Origin: Pseudomonadales bacterium
GTDB lineage: Bacteria; Pseudomonadota; Gammaproteobacteria; Pseudomonadales; Azotimanducaceae
Length of the DNA: 64,000 nucleotides
Assembly: GCA_016763855.1 (NCBI GenBank)
Contig: JAESSY010000021.1
Span: 6,988 to 70,987, forward strand
Direction of reading: 5' to 3'
Part shown: positions 56,737 to 64,000 of the stretch, piece after piece
How positions within the stretch are numbered: position 1 is the stretch's first letter
Layout of the letters: each line of letters begins with the position of its first letter
The notes under the pieces: generated by a model
The model's database searches: none
Seen by the model: only the letters and a program-made list of their open reading frames with translations
Told to the model about the DNA's origin: nothing
Program-made: the position numbers and the translations under genes

Positions 56737-59700
56737 ATGAAGCTATCCCCACGTTACGAATTACTAGAAAGTCTTATCGCTCAGCGTATTCTTGTGATGG
56801 ATGGGGCCATGGGCACCATGGTTCAGGATATGAAATTATCTGAAGCTGATTTCCGAGGCGAACAATTCGCAAATCATGATTGTGACATTAAGGGAAACGA
56901 TGTCATTTTAAACCTGACCAATCCCGATATCATCACTGCCATCCATGTTGAATATTTAAATTGTGGTTCCGACATTATTGGTACTAATACGTTTACGGCT
57001 AATCGGGTTTCCCAAGGGGATTACAATTTAGCCCACCTCAATTATGAAATGAATTTTCGCGCTGCCCAGATAGCTAGGCAAGCTGCAGATAAATTTGAAT
57101 CAAAGGATAAACCTAGATTTGTCGCAGGTGCCGTTGGCCCCACAACAAGAGCAGCCAGCTTATCACCGGATGTCAATCGGCCTGGTCATAGAACCATTAC
57201 TTTCGATGAACTTGTGGAAGATTATTCAGAAGGAATCCGCGGACTCATCGCAGGTGGTACAGATATTATTCTCATTGAAACCATCTTTGACGTCCTAAAT
57301 TCAAAAGCGGCTATTTATGCTGCACTCTCTGTTTTTGAAGAATTGGATACCCGCTATCCTATTATGATCTCCGGTACGATTACCGATGGTAGTGGCCGAT
57401 TGTTATCAGGACAGACAGTTGAGGCTTTCTGGGCGTCTATTCGACATGCAAAACCTATCTCAGTCGGTTTTAACTGCGCCCTCGGAGCCGACGAACTTCG
57501 GCCTTATATCGCCGACATTTCAAAGATTGCTGATTGTTTTGTTAGCGCCTATCCAAACCGGGGCCTGCCAAATGAATTTGGAGAATATGACGAAACCGTA
57601 CCGACGATGGTCAATTGTATAGATGGATATCTCGAATCTGGCCTCTGTAATATTATCGGTGGATGCTGTGGTACGACACCTGAGCATATCCGAGAATTTG
57701 TCCGAATAGCAGCAAACCATAAACCCCGTAAAATAGCCGAATCAACAACTGATTGCCTACTCAGCGGCCTCGAACCTTTTACCATCAATAAAAATAGCCT
57801 GTTTATTAATGTTGGTGAAAGAACCAACGTGACGGGATCCGCCAAATTTGCTCGCTTAATTCGAGAGGAAAATTTTGAAACAGCACTAGAAGTCGCCCAA
57901 CAACAAGTTAACAACGGCGCTCAAATAATTGATATTAATATGGACGAAGGGATGCTTGATTCAAAAGCAGCCATGGTTCATTTTCTCCATCTGATTGCCT
58001 CAGAACCCGATATCAGTCGCGTCCCTATCATGGTGGATTCTTCGAAATGGGAAATCATAGAGGCCGGACTGAAGTGCATACAAGGTAAATCAGTTGTTAA
58101 CTCGATCAGTTTAAAGGCGGGTGAAGCTGAATTTATAGAACAAGCCAAAATATGCATGAAACATGGTGCAGCCATTATTGTGATGGCTTTCGATGAAGAT
58201 GGACAAGCGGATAACCTAGCGCGTAAAAAACAAATCTGTAAACGATCCTACGACATCCTTGTCAATGACATTGGCTTTCCCCCTGAAGATATTATCTTTG
58301 ATCCCAACGTTTTCGCAGTCGCCACTGGCATAGAAGAACATAATTTATATGGTAAAGATTTTATCGATGCCTGTGAATACATCTCAAGCGAGCTACCCTT
58401 TGCTAAGATCTCTGGCGGCATTAGCAACGTGTCATTCTCTTTTCGAGGTAATAATCAGGTACGCGAAGCTATCCATGCTGTCTTTTTGTACCACGCGATT
58501 AAAGCTGGTCTGACTATGGGGATTGTTAACGCCGGACAATTGGCCATCTATGAAGAGATACCTAAAGCACTTCGAGAAAAAATAGAAGATGTCATTCTGC
58601 ATCGGTCAGATGATGCGACCGATACCTTAATAGATGTCGCAATGCAATTCTCTGGTGGGGGCGCTAAATCAAAAACTGAAGATCTATCCTGGCGAGAACA
58701 AGATGTAGGTGAACGTATTGCTCATGCGCTCATCAAAGGACTCACGACATACATCGTGGAAGATGCAGAAGAAGCACGACTGCAATCAAAGCGACCTATT
58801 GATGTCATAGAAGGTCCTTTAATGGAGGGCATGAATCGAGTCGGGGACTTATTCGGCGCGGGTAAAATGTTCTTACCTCAAGTGGTTAAAAGTGCCCGGG
58901 TAATGAAGCAGGCAGTTTCTCATTTAGAACCTTACATCGACGCTGAAAAAGACGGTGCTGCAAAGACCAAAGGTAAGATCCTGATGGCCACGGTTAAAGG
59001 CGATGTTCATGACATTGGCAAGAATATCGTCGGTGTCGTGCTTCAATGTAATAATTACGAGGTGATCGATCTGGGTGTCATGGTCTCTGCGGACAAGATA
59101 CTAAAATCAGCAGTTGAAATGGAAGTCGATATCATTGGCCTAAGCGGTTTGATAACGCCTTCGCTGGACGAAATGGTTCACGTTGCTTCAGAAATGCAAC
59201 GTCTGAATATTGATCGCCCCCTACTCATTGGCGGCGCAACAACTTCTAAAGCCCATACGTCGGTAAAGATTGAACCTGGCTATTATGCAGATGCCACGGT
59301 TTATGTCCCAGATGCCTCTCGTGCTGTTGGAGTCGCGACCAAGTTACTGAGTACCGAGTTAAAGGCTGATTATTGCCAAAGTATTCGTGAAGAATACGAA
59401 AAAATCAGGATCAGAAATAAACATCGCCGACCCAAGGGAAATACCCTACGATACATTGATGCTGTCGATAATCGAAGCCCGATTAAATGGAAGGACTATA
59501 CGCCGCCGAAACCTGAGTTTCTGGGTGTACGTGTGTTTGACGACTATCCACTTTTAGAACTTATCGATTACATTGACTGGACACCCTTCTTTATTACCTG
59601 GGAGTTAGCCGGTAAATACCCCAAAATTCTAGAAGATGAAGTTGTGGGTGAAGCCGCCACATCTCTTTTCAATGACGCACAGGACATGCTTAAGAAAATT

Positions 59701-60423
59701 GTCGATGAAAAATTAATCAAGGCCAATGCCATTATCGGTTTCTGGCCAGCTAACCAAATTGATAATGACGACATTGTTCTATTCAAAGATGAGTCCCGTG
59801 ATCAAGAATTAGAACGACTGTTTCATCTACGGCAACAAACAGATAAACCTAACGAGCAACCTAATTTTTGTATCTCTGACTATGTCGCGCCTAAAGACTC
59901 AGGCAAAGAAGACTATGTAGGTGGATTTGTTGTTTCAGCAGGACACGGCGTCGAAGCACTAGCCAAACAATATGAAGAAGCAAACGATGACTATAACGCC
60001 ATCTTGGTTAAAGCGTTGGCAGATCGACTAGCAGAAGCCTTTGCAGAAAGAATGCATCTACGAGTCAGAAAGGAATTTTGGAAATACAATTCAGATGAGG
60101 CACTCTCAAACGTCGAATTAATCAAAGAAAAATATCAGGGTATTCGCCCTGCCCCCGGCTACCCTGCCTGCCCGGATCACACCGAAAAGGCAACCCTGTT
60201 TTCACTTCTTGATGCAAAACAAAAAATTGGCGTCGATCTCACAGAACACTTTGCCATGACCCCTGCCGCTTCTGTTAGCGGGTTTTATTTCTCGCACCCT
60301 GAATCCAGATATTTTGGTATTGGTAAGATAGATCGAGATCAGGTGGAGAGTTATGCGGAGCGAAAGAATATGAGCTTAGAAGAGGCTGAACGGTGGTTGT
60401 CGCCTGTTTTGAGTTATCAGTAG
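56737..60423 (+). CDS. metH: Cobalamin-dependent methionine synthase
   Basis: 1228 aa. Contains Hcy-binding, pterin-binding, B12-binding ([12 protein letters not shown], i.e. DxHxxG) and AdoMet-activation domains. Confidence 0.95.
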   Translation: MKLSPRYELLESLIAQRILVMDGAMGTMVQDMKLSEADFRGEQFANHDCDIKGNDVILNLTNPDIITAIHVEYLNCGSDIIGTNTFTANRVSQGDYNLAHLNYEMNFRAAQIARQAADKFESKDKPRFVAGAVGPTTRAASLSPDVNRPGHRTITFDELVEDYSEGIRGLIAGGTDIILIETIFDVLNSKAAIYAALSVFEELDTRYPIMISGTITDGSGRLLSGQTVEAFWASIRHAKPISVGFNCALGADELRPYIADISKIADCFVSAYPNRGLPNEFGEYDETVPTMVNCIDGYLESGLCNIIGGCCGTTPEHIREFVRIAANHKPRKIAESTTDCLLSGLEPFTINKNSLFINVGERTNVTGSAKFARLIREENFETALEVAQQQVNNGAQIIDINMDEGMLDSKAAMVHFLHLIASEPDISRVPIMVDSSKWEIIEAGLKCIQGKSVVNSISLKAGEAEFIEQAKICMKHGAAIIVMAFDEDGQADNLARKKQICKRSYDILVNDIGFPPEDIIFDPNVFAVATGIEEHNLYGKDFIDACEYISSELPFAKISGGISNVSFSFRGNNQVREAIHAVFLYHAIKAGLTMGIVNAGQLAIYEEIPKALREKIEDVILHRSDDATDTLIDVAMQFSGGGAKSKTEDLSWREQDVGERIAHALIKGLTTYIVEDAEEARLQSKRPIDVIEGPLMEGMNRVGDLFGAGKMFLPQVVKSARVMKQAVSHLEPYIDAEKDGAAKTKGKILMATVKGDVHDIGKNIVGVVLQCNNYEVIDLGVMVSADKILKSAVEMEVDIIGLSGLITPSLDEMVHVASEMQRLNIDRPLLIGGATTSKAHTSVKIEPGYYADATVYVPDASRAVGVATKLLSTELKADYCQSIREEYEKIRIRNKHRRPKGNTLRYIDAVDNRSPIKWKDYTPPKPEFLGVRVFDDYPLLELIDYIDWTPFFITWELAGKYPKILEDEVVGEAATSLFNDAQDMLKKIVDEKLIKANAIIGFWPANQIDNDDIVLFKDESRDQELERLFHLRQQTDKPNEQPNFCISDYVAPKDSGKEDYVGGFVVSAGHGVEALAKQYEEANDDYNAILVKALADRLAEAFAERMHLRVRKEFWKYNSDEALSNVELIKEKYQGIRPAPGYPACPDHTEKATLFSLLDAKQKIGVDLTEHFAMTPAASVSGFYFSHPESRYFGIGKIDRDQVESYAERKNMSLEEAERWLSPVLSYQ

Positions 60424-60453
60424 TTTTATCTCATTCATGTACCATTCGATATG

Positions 60454-61389
60454 TCAGTGGCCTGTACATCGGTGTACTTCGATAGTGACGTGGGCAATTT
60501 TGAGATTTGTTGGGATCAACGATTTATAATGTACCGGCGATTGTGGAATATCGCTAACGATTGTTATCTCAGCTGAAAATATCCCATGACCGATGCTCCA
60601 CACATGTAGGTCCGTCACACGATCTAAAGAATCCCCTTCTATGGCAACTCGTAGTTCACGAAGTTGGTGCTCACCTGCTTGATTATCGAGCAAGACTTTC
60701 CCTGTTTCATAGAGGAGACCAAAAGACCAGCGAGTGACTAAGAGCGCTCCTACGATACCCATCACCGGATCGAGCCAAGATGCCCCCATGTATTTACCTG
60801 CAAGCAAGGCCACTATTGCCAGTATCGATGTCAAAGCATCAGCAAGTACATGTAAATACGCAGCGCGTAGATTGTGATCATGGCCATGATGATGCCCTCC
60901 ATCATGACTGTGGGAATGCCCATGTTCATGTGGTGTTGACATCAACACCCAAGCACTAAAGCCATTTACAACAAGGCCGGCCACCGCAACGATAATGGCT
61001 TGATCAAAAGAAATTGCTAAAGGGTTGAAAAGGCGATCTATGCTTTCAATCGCCATCCCCAACGCAAAGCCCAGCAGCAAAATGGCACTGGCAAAACCAG
61101 CAAGGCTGTTGATCTTTCCAACACCAAAAGCAAAACGGCGATCAGATGCCAAGCGTCGAGAAATCACATAAGCTAAGACAGTAATGCCTAGGGCAACCGT
61201 GTGTGATGCCATATGAAGACCGTCTGCTAACAAGGCCATTGATCCAGTAATCAACCCAGTCGATATTTCGACCACCATCATGATTGCTGTAAGCGCGACG
61301 ATTAAGAGGGTGCGTTTTTCACCTGCACGTTGTTGATCTTGATTAAACACATGATCGTGCGTCCAATCGTCCAGTTGATGTGTGTGCAT
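60454..61389 (-). CDS. Cation diffusion facilitator (CzcD/ZitB-like) divalent metal exporter
   Basis: Six TM segments, metal-site blocks (ALLADGLHMASH and HVLADALTS), and a His-rich loop HEHGHSHSHDGGHHHGHDH. I prefer the ATG at 61389 (MHTHQLDDW). Confidence 0.85.
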   Translation of the reverse strand: MHTHQLDDWTHDHVFNQDQQRAGEKRTLLIVALTAIMMVVEISTGLITGSMALLADGLHMASHTVALGITVLAYVISRRLASDRRFAFGVGKINSLAGFASAILLLGFALGMAIESIDRLFNPLAISFDQAIIVAVAGLVVNGFSAWVLMSTPHEHGHSHSHDGGHHHGHDHNLRAAYLHVLADALTSILAIVALLAGKYMGASWLDPVMGIVGALLVTRWSFGLLYETGKVLLDNQAGEHQLRELRVAIEGDSLDRVTDLHVWSIGHGIFSAEITIVSDIPQSPVHYKSLIPTNLKIAHVTIEVHRCTGH

Positions 61390-61816
61390 AGCGAACCTTG
61401 GTTGAAAAATAGGATAAACATATTCATTACTTTCATTATATAACAATTCGTGACTTGATTAGATAACTGTTACCGTATTCATATATAACCCTGAAAGCCC
61501 TCATCACTAAATCTTGTTTTCCTCTCGATACATTTAATTTCTTAGCATGCTTTCGCAACTTCTTAGCAGCGGTCTTTACTTCTCTTATAATCTCTTTCGA
61601 CTTAAGCTCGCTTAGTCAAAAATAACCAACAACACATAATGCAGAATTAAGAGCTAAGGAATTACCATCCACATTTGAGTCACTTCTAACAATATTTTTG
61701 ACAAAAAACCTGCCGACCTCTTGGTGGACAATCCCCAATTCACCAGTACAATGTTGAGAGATCTGCTTATCTCGAAACACTATCAATACAAATACTACTT
61801 AAAATGGAAGGAAGGT

Positions 61817-62680
61817 ATGATAAAGAAGAAAATACTTGGCATCATATTACTTAGTCTTAGTAATTTATCGCTGTACCAATCAGTACTGGCGGAGGAAAAT
61901 GTTTCCTTTGCCTGCATGGATCCCGACATTGTTAACACCTTAGTAGGTAATGCTTGGGAGGGTGTACCAATAATCACGCTGGATTGGCCTGGTCAATTCC
62001 CAAACCTTGCACTACCGGAGCAATTTTCTTTAATTGGTAGTCGCACTAACCAACATTCCGTTACCGTTGCGTTAAAGTCAAAATTATCCGCGAATGAATC
62101 CAGAAATAGCTTAGAACTAGCATTGAAAGGCAATGACTGGTCCATACCGGAACCTATCCACATGCAACCTGGAGGATTTCAATCACGGAACATGCCAAAC
62201 CCGAATAATGTTGTTAGATTCTGCCACAATGATCATGGCTACTTGAATGCAATATTTAAAAACGGACCAGACTTAACATCTTACTTGTTATTAATGACTA
62301 CTAAAAATCAAAATTCTGGTGGTTGCAACATGCAACAAGGAATAAGCCCAGCTTATAACCATATGCAAATCTACAAGATAATACCTACACTGACTTTACC
62401 TGATGATGCTGTTAACACAGTGAGTATGGGATCTAGTGGCGGTGGCGACAGCTATTCTACAAACGCGAATTTTAAAACAAAGCTTTCAGCCGTCGCATTA
62501 GTTAACTTTTTTGGAACACAGTTACAAGATCAAGACTGGGTAGAAGATTCCCAATGGATGGGTTCTAAAATATTTGGTTCAGCCTGGCTTTCGAAAGACG
62601 GCAAGCACACTGGCCTACTAAGTATCGTCGCGGTAAACGAGGGTGATTATAAGGTTGTGTTGAGTGTTTCGAAGTTGTAG
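61817..62680 (+). CDS. Hypothetical secreted protein
   Basis: The ATG at 61817 is preceded by GGAAGG. Signal peptide MIKKKILGIILLSLSNLSLYQSVLA. I recognise no domain. Confidence 0.55.
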   Translation: MIKKKILGIILLSLSNLSLYQSVLAEENVSFACMDPDIVNTLVGNAWEGVPIITLDWPGQFPNLALPEQFSLIGSRTNQHSVTVALKSKLSANESRNSLELALKGNDWSIPEPIHMQPGGFQSRNMPNPNNVVRFCHNDHGYLNAIFKNGPDLTSYLLLMTTKNQNSGGCNMQQGISPAYNHMQIYKIIPTLTLPDDAVNTVSMGSSGGGDSYSTNANFKTKLSAVALVNFFGTQLQDQDWVEDSQWMGSKIFGSAWLSKDGKHTGLLSIVAVNEGDYKVVLSVSKL

Positions 62681-62847
62681 ATGTCGGAAGAAATGGATGG
62701 TCGTTAACACGTTTAAACGATCATTGATTCACTTTCTAACCGTGCAAAATACTCTCATTCTCAAATTAATAATTAATCGCGGGTGTGTTTTCTAGTGGTA
62801 AAAAGAATTCCAACGCTTATCTTTGGCCCATGGCAGACGGTTCACCG

Positions 62848-63792
62848 TTAAGTCTTCGTGTATCGATAGAGGTAATCAACTACTTCGAACCCCACAGATT
62901 CGTATGTCCGAATAGCTGGCGTGTTCTCAATACTTGTTCTTACCGCTACATGCCGCATATTTTCCGACTTCAAATAGTGTAACCCTGAAAGAAGAATTGC
63001 TTTCGAAAGACCTTTCCGTTGATGGGTTGTTCGAGTGCCAACAGGATCAAGCTCGCCCACCATGGTCATGGGGTCGACTAAAAACACAGCGAATGAGGCA
63101 AGCTCTCCTGAAGCAGTTGCCGCAACCAAATCTAAATCGCCCCTTCCTCTATACCAGCGCAAGAATCGCTCAACATTCTCGATTGCCCACGCGCTAGGTT
63201 CAAATTCGCCCGTAAACGCATCGCTCTGAACTCCTGCACGCTGAACTATTTCAGTTTTAACATCTAACGGTCGGATTGTGTAGCCGCTGACCAAACCAGG
63301 TTGATCAATTGTTAGACTTAGATCACGCCGCATGTACACATCCAAGGCCCCGCACCTAGTATACCCATGAGCAGTAAGAACAGACGCCAACCAAGTGTCT
63401 TTTCCATAAGCTACTGTTTCGAGTGTTTTATTTGCTTTACCTTTATTAGCGAGTTTAAGTAACTGTTCTTCAGCGCAGGCGATGACTGTTTCTGCAAATG
63501 TCCTTATCCTTGTTTGCGGGTGAATCATCATACGCCAGGAATTCGCGGCGTCTTCGATCGTCTCACTGGATTCTGAGTGAAGCCACAGATAAGCGTGATA
63601 CCGCCCCTTCTCATCGGACCAGAACTTGTGATGAGATGAGTCGCTGTCGAAGATCGTGTGATAAGTTCCTACTGTAGATTTACCTATTGTCCAGTAATCT
63701 GCAAGTGATCGTGACTGCTCTCTGCCCAGAAGAAATGCTTTCACTCTTGAGAGATCCTTAGCACCATGGAATTCGTTATAGGTAAGGTTCAC
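62848..63792 (-). CDS. GNAT family N-acetyltransferase (two-lobed, 314 aa)
   Basis: Acetyl-CoA motif A-like THQRKGLSKAILL in the C-terminal half. The size suggests a tandem GNAT fold. Confidence 0.6.
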   Translation of the reverse strand: MNLTYNEFHGAKDLSRVKAFLLGREQSRSLADYWTIGKSTVGTYHTIFDSDSSHHKFWSDEKGRYHAYLWLHSESSETIEDAANSWRMMIHPQTRIRTFAETVIACAEEQLLKLANKGKANKTLETVAYGKDTWLASVLTAHGYTRCGALDVYMRRDLSLTIDQPGLVSGYTIRPLDVKTEIVQRAGVQSDAFTGEFEPSAWAIENVERFLRWYRGRGDLDLVAATASGELASFAVFLVDPMTMVGELDPVGTRTTHQRKGLSKAILLSGLHYLKSENMRHVAVRTSIENTPAIRTYESVGFEVVDYLYRYTKT

Positions 63793-63925
63793 GCCACTTG
63801 TACTTTGTTAGATTCTGTGTCTTCTATAGTATCTTGAAAGGAAACCTTGGTTCAATAGTAGAAACTATAAAGATATCTGTTTAGTAATCTATTAAGAGGT
63901 TGTTTTCGTGTAGAATTTTTATTCT

Positions 63926-64000
63926 ATGTTAGGCAATACAACACAAACGGAATCCCAAGTTCATGACAATCTGAAACGCATTGTCGTCACTGGCTCGTCC
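63926..64000 (+). CDS. Possible 5' end of an SDR / NAD(P)-binding Rossmann protein, truncated by window edge
   Basis: The ATG at 63926 opens a frame reading MLGNTTQTESQVHDNLKRIVVTGSS. The RIVVTGSS stretch resembles the beta1-Gly-loop start of SDR or epimerase proteins. Only 25 codons are visible. Confidence 0.3.
   Translation, partial: MLGNTTQTESQVHDNLKRIVVTGSS

Noticed and set aside
57549-57914. 121-aa minus-strand ORF (and other small track ORFs) inside metH
   Set aside because: It is fully embedded antisense in metH with no independent evidence.
62700-62740. Possible terminator hairpin GGTCGTT...AACGATC between the orphan secreted gene and the GNAT gene
   Set aside because: The 7-bp stem includes a G-U pair, the loop is about 10 nt, and no T-run follows. 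That is not convincing as an intrinsic terminator.
1-64000. Looked for mobile elements, prophage remnants, tRNA/rRNA genes, integrases, toxin-antitoxin pairs and known defence genes
   Set aside because: No transposase, integrase or recombinase motifs, no cloverleaf-like tRNA sequences, no terminal inverted repeats and no abrupt compositional switch were recognisable by eye. The window looks like core chromosome.

Overview
Gene-dense chromosomal segment (about 55 CDS) from a moderately AT-rich Gram-negative genome, probably a marine gammaproteobacterium. Most intergenic gaps are under 150 bp, and several convergent gene pairs abut or overlap. I found no rRNA, tRNA, CRISPR array, transposase, integrase or phage genes, so this is core or metabolic DNA rather than a mobile island.

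Gene order:
- phoR (5'-truncated), pstSCAB and phoU.
- A minus-strand block: amidohydrolase, stand-alone Rieske protein, lutABC, flavodoxin-like protein and M19 dipeptidase.
- Cof-type HAD hydrolase, lysophospholipase-like hydrolase and gpsA.
- Acyl-CoA ligase, GST and two acyl-CoA dehydrogenases.
- putA.
- PhaC, a GYD protein, a GYD-acyltransferase fusion and an unknown protein.
- Histidine phosphatase and glyoxalase I.
- A 1375-aa coiled-coil protein ending in a TM helix and a degenerate LytM domain.
- TraB/GumN, a 787-aa secreted protein and an esterase.
- An acyl-CoA dehydrogenase, then an ECF sigma/anti-sigma pair and a phosphomannomutase.
- RND efflux pair, then alkB.
- An uncharacterised operon: ABM monooxygenase, metallophosphoesterase, PhoU-kinase fusion, ATP-grasp ligase and FAD oxidoreductase.
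- A SelW/Rdx-like gene with an in-frame TGA, then glnS and a TauE-family protein.
- An aromatic-rich leader peptide plus terminator in front of DAHP synthase.
- nfuA, metH, a CDF transporter, an orphan secreted protein and a GNAT.

Most noteworthy:
1. The giant coiled-coil/dLytM protein and the tandem 14-bp repeats upstream of it.
2. The metallophosphoesterase / PhoU-kinase / ATP-grasp / FAD-oxidase operon.
3. A candidate selenoprotein (CxxU) with a SECIS-like hairpin, which ORF callers truncate.
4. A candidate ribosome-mediated attenuator controlling DAHP synthase.

All functional calls rest on motif recognition by eye. No database search was run.
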